Shown: positions 22,550 through 32,182 of the stretch, in pieces
How positions within the stretch are numbered: position 1 is the first letter of the stretch
Layout: each line of letters opens with the position of its first letter
From: Clostridiales bacterium
GTDB lineage: Bacteria; Bacillota; Clostridia; Christensenellales; UBA3700
Direction: 5' to 3'
DNA length: 64,000 nt
Assembly (NCBI GenBank): GCA_014799645.1
Contig: JAAVHQ010000004.1
Coordinates: 5,925 to 69,924, forward strand
Notes under the pieces: model-generated
What the model was told of the DNA's origin: nothing
Database searches by the model: none
Seen by the model: the letters and a program-made list of their open reading frames with translations, nothing else
Translations under genes and position numbers: made by a program

Positions 22550-25177
22550 TTGCAAACTGCGCAGAAACAAATCCAAAAAGTATCGGCGGGATTTACAAAA
22601 GTCGGTTCAAAGCTCACGGCAAGTATAACGGCTCCGCTTGTAGCGTTAGGCTCGGCGGCAGTCAACGTATCGCAAAAGTTCGAGCAATCGATGGCGAATG
22701 CGGCGTCGGTAGCGGGAGCGTCAAGCGAAGAACTTGCTAGGATGACTTCGATAGCAAGAGACATGGGAAGTAAGACAGTATTCTCGGCATCAGAGGCGGC
22801 TGACGCATTGTACTACATGGCGTCGGCAGGTTACAAAGTCGACCAAATGGCAGACTCAATACAAGCAACTTTGAATCTTGCATCGGCAACGCAAAGCGAC
22901 CTTGCATTTACTACAAGTACCGTTATATCAACCCTTAACCAATTTGGACTTGAAGCAAACCAAGCGGAAAGAGTCACTAACGTATTTGCATCGGCAATCG
23001 GCAATTCAATGGCGAGTTTGGATAAGTTGTCCAACTCAATGGGATACGTCGGTCCGGTTGCGAATAGTTTGGGCTATTCGGTTGAAGAAGTAACGGGAGC
23101 ATTGTCCGTCTTGTATAACGCAGGCTATGACGGCTCTACAGCAGGTACGGCATTGCGTCAATCGTTGGTTTCGCTGATGAATCCAACATCTACCGCTCTT
23201 GGTGTGTTCGAGGAATTGGGCGTATCGTTTGAAGATGTAAACCCTGCGACCAATGATCTTGCCACGATTATAGATAGACTTGGCGAAGCGGGAATGGACA
23301 CATCTCAAGCAATGAAAGTGTTTGGAGCAAGAGCAGGTCCAGGAATGTTGGCGTTGTTATCCGCAGGCGGAGATGCTGTGCGAGATATGACCGAGTCCAT
23401 TACGGGAACGAACAAAGCAACGGAGATGGCTGACACCCAGCTCAATACACTGCAAGGACAGGTAAAAATCTTAAAGTCGGAGTTGGAAGAGATAGCCATA
23501 TCGTTTGGCGATGTGTTAATACCGATAATCCGACAGTTCATCCAAAAGTACATATCCCCGTTGACTGCGAAGCTGATGGGGTTGTCTATGGGAACGAAGA
23601 AGAACATAGTAACTATAGCATTATTGGCTGCGGCAATCGGACCGCTCCTTATGGTAGTGGGAAAATTCATTGGAAGTTTAGGCGGTGTTCTCAAGGTGGG
23701 CAAACTGCTTTTCTCAAAAGTCGGACTGATTATCGCTGTAATCGCTGCGGTGGCAGGAGTAATTGCTTATCTATGGAAAAACAACGAAGACTTCCGCAAC
23801 GCCGTAACGAAGATATGGGAGAAAGTCAAAACCACCATATTGAAAGCGGTCGAGGCAATAAAGGAGTGGTGGTCTAAAAACGGACAGCGACTCATAAGCC
23901 AAACGATATCCGCACTAAAAGAGATATGGAAATCAATCAAGACCATATTCGGCAAAATCAAGCCGTATGCCTTAAAAGTTTGGAACTTCGTCAAGGACGT
24001 CGTAATTGACGTGGTAAGCGGAATCAGGAAGTTTTGGCAAGAGAACGGCGAGAAGATTTGGAATACGGTCAAGGTTGTGTTCACTAATATTTGGACGTGC
24101 ATAAAGACCGCATACGGGATCATAGGGAATGCGTTGGCTAAATTCTTCTCATACGCAAGACCGATTTGGGAGAAGTTAAAGACGCTGTTTGCATCGCTGT
24201 GGGATACGATAAAGCAATTATATGAGACGCTGAAACCCATATTCCTTCTTATCGGTGGACTGCTTGTGTCTTTATACGGAGTTGCGTCGAGCGTCTTGGG
24301 CGGAATAATCCAAGCATTAGGACCGTTCATTGAAGCGGTTATTGACGTAGCGAATTCAATACTCGATATCATCAAGATTGTGTGCGCGGTTTTGCGTGGC
24401 GACTGGTCGGCAGCTTGGGAATATATGCAAGACTTTGCAACGCATATTTGGTCTGGCATAAAGAACATATTATTGACCTTGAGCGAGTTTTTCAAAGGCT
24501 TTGGAGAGAACCTTGTGTCTTTCTTTGGCAACTGCGGAGAGACGGTAAAGAATGCGTTCAACAAAGTGTGGGAGAGCGTCAACGGATTTTTCTCAAACGT
24601 AAAAAGTGGAATCACGTCGGCTTGCGACAAGATATGGGATGCAATTACGATCAAGTTTAACAGCATAAAGGAATACTTCGAAAACCTTTGTAAGGAAGGA
24701 TTCAATTGGGGCAAGAACCTAATATCCAACATAAGCGAAGGAATCAAGAAAGCCTGGAATAGCGTAGTAGACGGAGTCAAAAGCATAGGACAATCAATAA
24801 AGGACTTCTTGGGATTTGGTTCGCCAACGAAGAAAGGACCGGGACATACCGCTGATGAGTGGATACCAAACCTTATGAATATGATGGCGGACGATATGTA
24901 TGCTAACGTACCAATGATGGAGAGAGCCGCAATACAAGTAGCGGAGACGCTGAACCTTTCAGCCTCGCCGAATCGAGCAATGATAGGTGCGGGTACTAGT
25001 CCCAACGGAGATTTGCTCAACGGATTGTTGCAAGGTATGGCAATGATGAACGGAGTAAGCAATGACGAGAGCAAAGAACTCGTTATGCAAATAGACGGAC
25101 AAACACTTGCGCGGATAATGATGCCAAAGTTATCTAAAGAGTATAAGCGCCATGGTGTGAATTTAACGGAGGTATAG
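22550..25177 (+). CDS. Tail tape measure protein. The true start is probably upstream, near 22487.
   Basis: 875 aa, Ala/Gly-rich with a hydrophobic central segment and W/K-rich repeats. The frame is open from 22445 and encodes IAVIRNLVVKIAADISSLSKG behind a GGGGGTGA SD. Confidence 0.85.
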   Translation: MQTAQKQIQKVSAGFTKVGSKLTASITAPLVALGSAAVNVSQKFEQSMANAASVAGASSEELARMTSIARDMGSKTVFSASEAADALYYMASAGYKVDQMADSIQATLNLASATQSDLAFTTSTVISTLNQFGLEANQAERVTNVFASAIGNSMASLDKLSNSMGYVGPVANSLGYSVEEVTGALSVLYNAGYDGSTAGTALRQSLVSLMNPTSTALGVFEELGVSFEDVNPATNDLATIIDRLGEAGMDTSQAMKVFGARAGPGMLALLSAGGDAVRDMTESITGTNKATEMADTQLNTLQGQVKILKSELEEIAISFGDVLIPIIRQFIQKYISPLTAKLMGLSMGTKKNIVTIALLAAAIGPLLMVVGKFIGSLGGVLKVGKLLFSKVGLIIAVIAAVAGVIAYLWKNNEDFRNAVTKIWEKVKTTILKAVEAIKEWWSKNGQRLISQTISALKEIWKSIKTIFGKIKPYALKVWNFVKDVVIDVVSGIRKFWQENGEKIWNTVKVVFTNIWTCIKTAYGIIGNALAKFFSYARPIWEKLKTLFASLWDTIKQLYETLKPIFLLIGGLLVSLYGVASSVLGGIIQALGPFIEAVIDVANSILDIIKIVCAVLRGDWSAAWEYMQDFATHIWSGIKNILLTLSEFFKGFGENLVSFFGNCGETVKNAFNKVWESVNGFFSNVKSGITSACDKIWDAITIKFNSIKEYFENLCKEGFNWGKNLISNISEGIKKAWNSVVDGVKSIGQSIKDFLGFGSPTKKGPGHTADEWIPNLMNMMADDMYANVPMMERAAIQVAETLNLSASPNRAMIGAGTSPNGDLLNGLLQGMAMMNGVSNDESKELVMQIDGQTLARIMMPKLSKEYKRHGVNLTEV

Positions 25178-25178
25178 A

Positions 25179-25535
25179 ATGGAATTCTTCAAGATAAACG
25201 GAAAGATAATAAGAGCGCCGACTGAACTATCGGTGTCATTTGAGACGTTGGATAAGGCGGAGCGGACCGTGGACGGAACGATGGTTGTGGATATTATTGG
25301 CACGAAACGGAGAGTGGACGTGAGTTGGGATTATCTTTCAAAAGAAGATATGACTATACTTTCAAAGTCGGTCAGCGGAAATAAGTTTGCGGAGATAACC
25401 TACCCAGACGATAAGACTGGGGAATTGATAACAATGACCGCAAGATCCGAAGGACTAAAGTACCAACCACATTACGATTGGGCGAAGAGCCAAATCATGT
25501 GGAAGAGCGTGTCGGTCACGTTCACGGAGAGGTAG
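25179..25535 (+). CDS. Tail protein (in the distal-tail position, but small).
   Basis: 118 aa, immediately after the tape measure. Confidence 0.45.
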   Translation: MEFFKINGKIIRAPTELSVSFETLDKAERTVDGTMVVDIIGTKRRVDVSWDYLSKEDMTILSKSVSGNKFAEITYPDDKTGELITMTARSEGLKYQPHYDWAKSQIMWKSVSVTFTER

Positions 25536-25537
25536 CA

Positions 25538-27331
25538 ATGGAATATTCAGACAACCCACGTAGAGTATACGGCAAGGTAGACATTGTGTATGCTGACGAA
25601 GAATTAAGTCGAGACATAAAGATACAAGTCAGCGCCAACTCCGAAATAAGCCATCCAACGGAAGTTTATAAACTACAAGACGAACCGACGGTAAAGGCTT
25701 GCACTATGGACGGCAACTCAACTATGGACGGAAGTTATCAAATGATGACGGACGATTGCGTTGTCGGATGGTGGGGCGGCAGCTTGGCGGATAGCAACGG
25801 AGTCTTTGCAACCGAGCCGTATATCGAGATGTCGTTTGCTATGCGACCGATAATTTATTGGCGAATAGTTGGAGACAAGAAACTCAACCAATATCCAGAA
25901 GAATTCACGTTGGAATACAAGAGAAACGGAGTTGTTGTCAAGACGGAACGGATAATTGGGAATACGGACGTAGAAATGATAGTTGAGCCGAAAGTAGCGG
26001 ACATAACTTCGGTACGAATGACGATAAGCAAATGGAGTGTGCCAAACGCTTGCGCTAAAATACTGCGGTTTTTCGAGAGAGTATATGAATCGTACACGGG
26101 AAAAGATTTGTTGAATTTTGAAGTTAGCGAAGAACTTTGTTCAGCCGAGGATAACTACAACATAAATTCGGACACGATGACGGTCAGCATATACAATGAA
26201 GATCGCAAGTTCGATAAAGGATATTTGCGGACGTTAATGTTGCTTGACAGGAAGCTGATGCCGTATGTAGGAATCGAGAGAAACGGCAAGATAGAGTATT
26301 CGCCTTTAGGCACGTTTTACTCCGATGAGTGGGATATACCGCAAGACAGCCAATGGGTAAAGTGTACCGCAACTGATAGGCTTATGAGATTTCAAATCAA
26401 GACATACGTGGGCTTTCCGTTGGTGGACAACGTATCGCTATACGAAATAGCCGAAGATATTTTGCGAAAGGCAGGCTTGACGGCAAAGGAATACATAATC
26501 TCACCCAAACTCAAAGACATAGTTGTGGAGATGGCATTCCTACCAAAGACAACGGTATGGAACGCATTGCAAGAGATAGCCAACGCAGGCCTATGCAAAG
26601 TGTTCATAGATAGGCAAAACCGAGTCGTAATACTATGCGAAGAAGATGCTCCGAAAGAAAGCGGTAGGAACGTAAACCCAAGCAATACATTCTCATACAC
26701 GTCGAACATAACATTGACGGATTTCTCTAATTGTGTGTCAGTTGAGTATTACGACATATCCATAGCGGACGATATTATCGACGTTGCGGAGTCGGAGATA
26801 CGATTGGACGGAAAAGAGCTAAGGACCGTGACAATAGACTTCACGACTGAGATTGCTTATCCGTATGCGGTATCGGATAATCCGTCAATAAGGATAAAGG
26901 CATTCGAGAGCGGAGTCAACTCATGCGTGTGCATCGTTGAGAATTCGTTGGATACACCGCAGATGGCAATTATAAAAGCGTCGGGCAATGCAATTGAGAT
27001 AAACTCAAGAACGGTAACGATCCGAGACGAAGACAGCATAAGAGAGTACGGCATAGTTGAGTACACCCACACCGCAAGCGAGCTTGTGCAGTCCTACGAA
27101 CAAGCGGAGTACATGTCGAGAGTGCTTTTGAGTAGAATGAAAGCGGGAGAAGGTAGTATTACGGCGGTATGGCGCGGAGACCCAGAACTAGAAGTCGGAG
27201 TAGCCTACGATTGTACGGATCGTTTCGGCGATACGGAAAGGCTGTTGTGCGAATCCAATAAGTTTTCATACGATGGCGGATTGCGACAAGAAAGTAGGGG
27301 AAGAAAGATAAAGGAGGTAAATGATGGCTAG
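25538..27331 (+). CDS. Tail tip / baseplate protein (Tal-like).
   Basis: Start moved to the ATG at 25538. 597 aa. Position after the tape measure and small tail protein. Confidence 0.6.
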   Translation: MEYSDNPRRVYGKVDIVYADEELSRDIKIQVSANSEISHPTEVYKLQDEPTVKACTMDGNSTMDGSYQMMTDDCVVGWWGGSLADSNGVFATEPYIEMSFAMRPIIYWRIVGDKKLNQYPEEFTLEYKRNGVVVKTERIIGNTDVEMIVEPKVADITSVRMTISKWSVPNACAKILRFFERVYESYTGKDLLNFEVSEELCSAEDNYNINSDTMTVSIYNEDRKFDKGYLRTLMLLDRKLMPYVGIERNGKIEYSPLGTFYSDEWDIPQDSQWVKCTATDRLMRFQIKTYVGFPLVDNVSLYEIAEDILRKAGLTAKEYIISPKLKDIVVEMAFLPKTTVWNALQEIANAGLCKVFIDRQNRVVILCEEDAPKESGRNVNPSNTFSYTSNITLTDFSNCVSVEYYDISIADDIIDVAESEIRLDGKELRTVTIDFTTEIAYPYAVSDNPSIRIKAFESGVNSCVCIVENSLDTPQMAIIKASGNAIEINSRTVTIRDEDSIREYGIVEYTHTASELVQSYEQAEYMSRVLLSRMKAGEGSITAVWRGDPELEVGVAYDCTDRFGDTERLLCESNKFSYDGGLRQESRGRKIKEVNDG

Positions 27332-28079
27332 TTGGAAAGAGCCAAAAGACGATTACACGGCGGAGAATCAGGTAACTCCTGACATATTCAATACTTTGGC
27401 AAGCAATGAGAAGTATCTTCAAGAAAAGAAGATAACAACGGAGCAAGTGCAAGACGCCGTGATAAACAGCAATCCAAGTGAGCAAAGGAGCAACATAGAG
27501 AATATGGACAGCGTAAAAAGTGTATTCGGCAAGATAAGAAAGTGGTTTGCGGATTTAAAAAGCGTGGCATTTTCGGGAAGTTACAACGACTTATCCAATA
27601 AGCCAAACATAACGAAGGAGTCGATAGGACTTGGCAACGTGGCGAATGAAAGGCAATACTCGTCAGCCAATCCACCGCCATACCCAGTCACGTCGGTCAA
27701 CGGCAAGACGGGAGCGGTACAACTTCCTTTGGGCGACGTTAATTGGAAGAACGAATCGGGCGTACTGAAAACAGATGAATATGTCGTAGAGAAAAAGAAG
27801 TTGCTGTGGGAAGGTAAATGGAATCTCATGACGGCAAGATCAAAAGAGATAAGCGGTTTGGATTTCACAAAGCCGTATGAAGTATGGTTCGATTGTTCTT
27901 TTGACACGATGGAGATTGTCATAGGCAGATTTATGGGAGACGAATTTGTCTTAAGCGGAAGATACATAGATGTGCAAATGTATACGGAAAATAGAAGAGA
28001 ACTGCAAGTAGGAAGAATTACGCCAGACGATTATCCAGAGTATGTTTATATTACGAAGATATATCAAATTATTACATAA
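27321..28079 (+). CDS. Tail fiber / receptor-binding-like protein.
   Basis: N-terminus WKEPKDDYTAENQVTPDIFNTLASNEKYL resembles conserved phage fiber N-termini. Last structural gene before the lysis genes. Confidence 0.55.
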   Translation: MMASWKEPKDDYTAENQVTPDIFNTLASNEKYLQEKKITTEQVQDAVINSNPSEQRSNIENMDSVKSVFGKIRKWFADLKSVAFSGSYNDLSNKPNITKESIGLGNVANERQYSSANPPPYPVTSVNGKTGAVQLPLGDVNWKNESGVLKTDEYVVEKKKLLWEGKWNLMTARSKEISGLDFTKPYEVWFDCSFDTMEIVIGRFMGDEFVLSGRYIDVQMYTENRRELQVGRITPDDYPEYVYITKIYQIIT

Positions 28080-28091
28080 AAGGAGAGAACA

Positions 28092-28388
28092 ATGGTAGCA
28101 ATTATAATAAGTATTGCATCGAGCATCGTGAGTGGCATGGTGCTTTTTTTATTGCAACACTATTTCAAGAAGAAGACAAAGAAAGACGAAGAAAGGGATA
28201 TGGCGAAAGCCAAGGAAAATATCCTTATCATTAAGAGTATTGACGCGGTCGGCAAACTTACGTACGCTAATGCAATCGCAATCCGTGACGGAAAGACCAA
28301 CGGAGAGATGCACGAAGCAATGGAAAGTTACAACGAAGCAAAGCAAGAGATGTACGATTATCTTCTCGAACAAAATTCTAAAAAATAA
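28092..28388 (+). CDS. Membrane-anchored protein of the lysis region (single N-terminal TM segment).
   Basis: IIISIASSIVSGMVLFLLQHYF followed by a charged helical tail. Confidence 0.45.
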   Translation: MVAIIISIASSIVSGMVLFLLQHYFKKKTKKDEERDMAKAKENILIIKSIDAVGKLTYANAIAIRDGKTNGEMHEAMESYNEAKQEMYDYLLEQNSKK

Positions 28389-28400
28389 CGGAGGGACAAT

Positions 28401-28700
28401 ATGGAACAATATTTGAACATTATCAGCGTGCCTGCAATAGCGGCAATAGTTTACTTTGTAATCAGCATAATAAAATATGCAGTCAACGGCAACGAAAAAT
28501 TCAAGAGATTTATCCCAGTGGTGGCGGCAGCTTTGGGCATAGTTCTCGGCATCGTAGCATTTTACGCAGTACCAGGAATAATCCCGGCGGACAATGTTTT
28601 CACCGCAATACTTATAGGTGGAGCGAGCGGATTAACTGCGACCGGTGCAAATCAAATAATTAAGCAATTGGGCAAAGGGGATGAAGATGACGGGAAATAA
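28401..28700 (+). CDS. Holin.
   Basis: 99 aa with predicted TM segments (VPAIAAIVYFVISII, FIPVVAAALGIVLGIVAFYAV, AILIGGASGLTATG) and a charged tail KGDEDDGK. Confidence 0.7.
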   Translation: MEQYLNIISVPAIAAIVYFVISIIKYAVNGNEKFKRFIPVVAAALGIVLGIVAFYAVPGIIPADNVFTAILIGGASGLTATGANQIIKQLGKGDEDDGK

Positions 28701-28824
28701 GGCTTTCATACTTGCTTATGCAAATGCCATAGTTGAAAGGCTGTGGTTAAAAGGTTTAATATCCGAAGATGAAAAGAATAGACTCTATGAGAAAAATACT
28801 TTGAAAATAATTCAAATTAATTAG
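28681..28824 (+). CDS. Possible small ORF of 47 aa, overlapping the holin 3' end (not in the track).
   Basis: ATG at 28681. Translation MKMTGNKAFILAYANAIVERLWLKGLISEDEKNRLYEKNTLKIIQIN, stop at 28822-28824. No family recognised. Confidence 0.3.
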   Translation: MKMTGNKAFILAYANAIVERLWLKGLISEDEKNRLYEKNTLKIIQIN

Positions 28825-28825
28825 G

Positions 28826-28862
28826 TTTTTCTCTGGACTTTGAATTTTTATTACGCTATTGT
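28826..28862 (+). promoter_or_regulatory. Conserved promoter-like element, short form (copy E), upstream of the recombinase genes.
   Basis: GTTTTTCTCTGGACTT-N13-TTACGCTATTGTT: TGGACT (28834-28839), 17 nt, TATTGT (28857-28862). Collinear with copy D. Confidence 0.5.
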
Positions 28863-28863
28863 T

Positions 28864-28898
28864 TGTCCTGCCCGACGAGGGTAGGACAAATTTTTTTT
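28864..28898 (+). terminator. Rho-independent terminator ending the late (structural/lysis) operon.
   Basis: TGTCCTGCCC-gacga-GGGTAGGACA followed by AATTTTTTTT. Confidence 0.75.
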
Positions 28899-28944
28899 AT
28901 ACTACATTCAAGTCCATAAACAAAGCATAGTGTAAAGGAGCAAA

Positions 28945-30438
28945 ATGGTAAAGAAAAAGGCAGTAGCATACATAAGAGTATCAACTCAAAGCGATGCACA
29001 ATTACATAGTTTCGAATACCAGGTTGATTATTGGAAAAATACCATAAACGAAATAGATGGCTGCGAATATGTAGGTATATATGCAGATAAAGGAATAAGT
29101 GGCAAAGCGTTGGCAAAAAGACCGCAACAACTAAAGTTGATTGCGGACGCAAGGATGCATAAGTTTGATATGGTATTTACTAAATCCGTATCGAGATTCG
29201 CTCGTAATACTGAAGAGTTGCTAGAAATCGTGAGAGAGTTACGCGAACTAGGAATAAAAATATGGTTTGAGAAAGAGCAGATAGACACATTCAATCCATC
29301 GGCAGAGACATATCTCATAATAGCGGCATCAATAGCAGAGAACGATTTGAAAATATATTCGGAGAATATGAAGTGGTCTATTCGCCAGCGATACAAGAAA
29401 GGTTGGATATCTATAGGCAATGGGATGTTCGGCTATAGAATGATCGAAGGAACAAACGATTTGGAAATAGTCCCAGACGAAGCCGATACGGTAAGACGAA
29501 TATATGAGCTTTACCTGGAAGGGCGAGGATTAAAGACCATAGCGGACATATTAAAGAAAGAAAATAGAAAGAATAAGTCGGGCGAAATAGATTGGAACTT
29601 GCGGACCATAAGTTATGTATTATCTAATGAAAAGTACAAGGGATGCGTACTAAATCAAAAAAGAGTCGTTAACCTTGGCGTCTATGAGATAAATAACAAC
29701 TTAGCGCCTAAATATTATATGGAAGGTACGCACGAAGCAATTATCTCCCCAGATGTTTTTGATAAGGTACAAAGGGAACTCGAAAGACGAACCAACGTAA
29801 GGCTAAAAGGCGGACATGTTCCAAGTTATGGATTTTCAAAGTTAGTGCAATGCGCAGTCTGTAAAAAGGCTGCGTTTGCTCATAAAATACAGAATTGTGG
29901 AAAGCCTTGGCAAACTGAAATATGGGTATGTCAAAACCAAAACCTTCATGGGATTAAGAGTTGCTCAAATAAGCGAATCAAGGATACGGTGCTGAAAGAG
30001 AAGTTCGTTGAATGCTATAACGAATTTATAACGCACCACCTAGACAATGATAAATTAAAAGTTCTTAAGAACAAATTAACAGAACTAGTTAATGCGGAAA
30101 GAGAACTGAAAATGTTATATGTCAATCGCATGCTAAATAGCGAAGACTACAAAAAGGAAAATACAAATATTCGGAATGAGATTGCTTATATTAATGATCA
30201 AATTGCTGCAAATGAAATGCGAGGTTTATCTAGGTCGGATTATAAGCCAATAGAAGAGTATGATGAAGATAAAGTAAATAAATTTATAGAGTCGGTATCT
30301 ATAAACCATAGCATCGTATCATTCAAGTTTATTAATGGCGTGGAAATAAGTAGAGAGTTTACAAATGGTTCGCCAGGAAATAAAAAGGGATGGTATGAAC
30401 GCTACCTTGATCAACAAAGAAACAATACGGAGGTGTAA
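28945..30438 (+). CDS. Large serine recombinase 1.
   Basis: AVAYIRVSTQSD (catalytic Ser region), TKSVSRFARNTEE, a recombinase domain, Cys cluster CAVCKK...C, and a C-terminal coiled coil. 497 aa. Confidence 0.9.
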   Translation: MVKKKAVAYIRVSTQSDAQLHSFEYQVDYWKNTINEIDGCEYVGIYADKGISGKALAKRPQQLKLIADARMHKFDMVFTKSVSRFARNTEELLEIVRELRELGIKIWFEKEQIDTFNPSAETYLIIAASIAENDLKIYSENMKWSIRQRYKKGWISIGNGMFGYRMIEGTNDLEIVPDEADTVRRIYELYLEGRGLKTIADILKKENRKNKSGEIDWNLRTISYVLSNEKYKGCVLNQKRVVNLGVYEINNNLAPKYYMEGTHEAIISPDVFDKVQRELERRTNVRLKGGHVPSYGFSKLVQCAVCKKAAFAHKIQNCGKPWQTEIWVCQNQNLHGIKSCSNKRIKDTVLKEKFVECYNEFITHHLDNDKLKVLKNKLTELVNAERELKMLYVNRMLNSEDYKKENTNIRNEIAYINDQIAANEMRGLSRSDYKPIEEYDEDKVNKFIESVSINHSIVSFKFINGVEISREFTNGSPGNKKGWYERYLDQQRNNTEV

Positions 30439-30445
30439 CAGCACA

Positions 30446-32035
30446 ATGCCAATCGCAAAAAGAGTAGTAAAGGAAATACCTGCATTAAATCGCCAAAATG
30501 TGGCGGTAATAAGCAAAAAGGAAAATGTTACTTATTACGCAAGAGTTAGTACCGAAAATGAAGAACAGGAAGATTCTTACGAAAGACAAAAAGAACATTT
30601 CGAGCAGAAAATAAAAGCCTGCCCAGAATGGAATTATGTTGAAGGATACTCCGATTGGGGAGTAACGGGAACTAATGCAGAAGCTCGTAAAAATTTCATG
30701 CGAATGATAGCAGACTGCCGAGCAGGGAAAATCAATAAAATATTAGTGAAGTCAATATCAAGATTCGGTAGAAATACGGTCGACACACTAAAATACATAA
30801 GGGAATTAAAAGAGCTTGGAATCAGCATATACTTTGAAACACAAAACATAGATACATTGACTCCTGGCGGAGAAGTCCTTATAACAATACTTGCAGCAAT
30901 GGCAGAACAAGAAAGCAGAACAATGTCCACAAATATAAAATGGGCATATCAAAAGAGATTTAAAGATGGCAATGTGTTAATAAATTATACAGGTTCGCTT
31001 GGATATACAAAAGAAAATGACGAATATATCATAGTCGAGAAAGAGGCTGAAATAATACGAAGAATTTATAGAGAATACTTAACAGGCAAGTCATTACGTC
31101 AAATTGCCGAAGGCTTAAATGAAGAAGGCATAACTACAAAGCGAGGATACAAATGGCATCCTAATAGTATAGAAGGGGTGCTGGATAATGAGCGATACAC
31201 GGGTAACGCTATACTAGGCAAATCGTTCAAGGCAGATGTGTTAAGTAAAAGTCGCCAAAAGAATGAAGGGCAAGCGCCAATGTACTATGTGGAGAATAGT
31301 CACCCAGCGATAATAAGCCAAGAAATATTCGATATGGCAAAAGCGGAGAGATTACGCAGAGTGGAGTTAAGAAGTTCGGTAAAAACAGGAAATGGTAGAT
31401 ATAGTAGCAGATATCCATTTAGCGGACTCCTAGTATGCTCAAAGTGCGGAGGTAAGTTTAGGAGATTCGGCAGAAAAATTGCAAGTGGGGAGTTTGTCCC
31501 AACATGGATATGTGTAACGCATCAGAAACACCCAGAAATATGCGATATGCTACCTATCAAAGAGAGAGACTTGGAAAATGCATATAAAACTGCTGTAGAG
31601 CGATTTTTGGGCAATGTCGAAGAGGTTAACGATATGATAATGAAAACAATCGAAGACGAAATATTAATCGAACGTGAGACCGATTTGACAGCCGTACAAC
31701 AATCTATCGAAGTAGCGCAACAAGACATATTAGAGTTATTCCAAAGACGACGCCGAAACGAAATAACGATAGATGAATACGAGCAACAATATACTGCCAT
31801 TAGCACAAGAGTAGTAGATCTACAAGAACAAGAAGATAATCTCAAGGCTAATAAAGTAAGTAACCAAATCGCAAAGCGAAGGATGGATGAGATAAGAAAA
31901 GTATTGCAAGATGACCAAGTGGACTATATGGATGGAATGATAATGCGGTTGCTGTTGAATGATATTAAAATTATTAACAAAAAAGAAATAGAGTTTCAAT
32001 TCGAGAGTGGAGTGAAAATTCTATTAAAAGTATAA
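30446..32035 (+). CDS. Large serine recombinase 2.
   Basis: Start moved to the ATG at 30446. YYARVSTENEEQ, VKSISRFGRNTVD, CSKCGGKF...C zinc ribbon, and a coiled-coil tail. Confidence 0.9.
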   Translation: MPIAKRVVKEIPALNRQNVAVISKKENVTYYARVSTENEEQEDSYERQKEHFEQKIKACPEWNYVEGYSDWGVTGTNAEARKNFMRMIADCRAGKINKILVKSISRFGRNTVDTLKYIRELKELGISIYFETQNIDTLTPGGEVLITILAAMAEQESRTMSTNIKWAYQKRFKDGNVLINYTGSLGYTKENDEYIIVEKEAEIIRRIYREYLTGKSLRQIAEGLNEEGITTKRGYKWHPNSIEGVLDNERYTGNAILGKSFKADVLSKSRQKNEGQAPMYYVENSHPAIISQEIFDMAKAERLRRVELRSSVKTGNGRYSSRYPFSGLLVCSKCGGKFRRFGRKIASGEFVPTWICVTHQKHPEICDMLPIKERDLENAYKTAVERFLGNVEEVNDMIMKTIEDEILIERETDLTAVQQSIEVAQQDILELFQRRRRNEITIDEYEQQYTAISTRVVDLQEQEDNLKANKVSNQIAKRRMDEIRKVLQDDQVDYMDGMIMRLLLNDIKIINKKEIEFQFESGVKILLKV

Positions 32036-32044
32036 CGCAATAAG

Positions 32045-32073
32045 TTGTGTTTTTTTCATAGTTATGCTATAAT
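32045..32073 (+). promoter_or_regulatory. Sigma-70-type promoter with an extended -10, downstream of the recombinase genes.
   Basis: TTGTGT-17 nt (ending in TGC)-TATAAT at 32068-32073. Confidence 0.5.
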
Positions 32074-32182
32074 ATAAATACAAAGAATTTAAATGGGACG
32101 CAAACTATTTGCTACGGAAAAGAGAGTCATAGAAACTAATTAGAAGCCGAGAGTTTTTATGAATATTCTATTTGCAAATCAT

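Noticed and set aside
23767-25074. 435-aa minus-strand ORF.
   Set aside because: It is antisense to the tape measure gene. The protein is a hydrophobic, low-complexity mirror of the TMP codon bias, and it has no SD.
28834-28898. Reading promoter-like copy E plus the following hairpin as a transcription attenuator for the recombinase genes.
   Set aside because: A start about 7 nt after TATTGT would fall inside the 5' arm of the hairpin, so the hairpin could not form in that transcript. It is better explained as the terminator of the upstream late operon.
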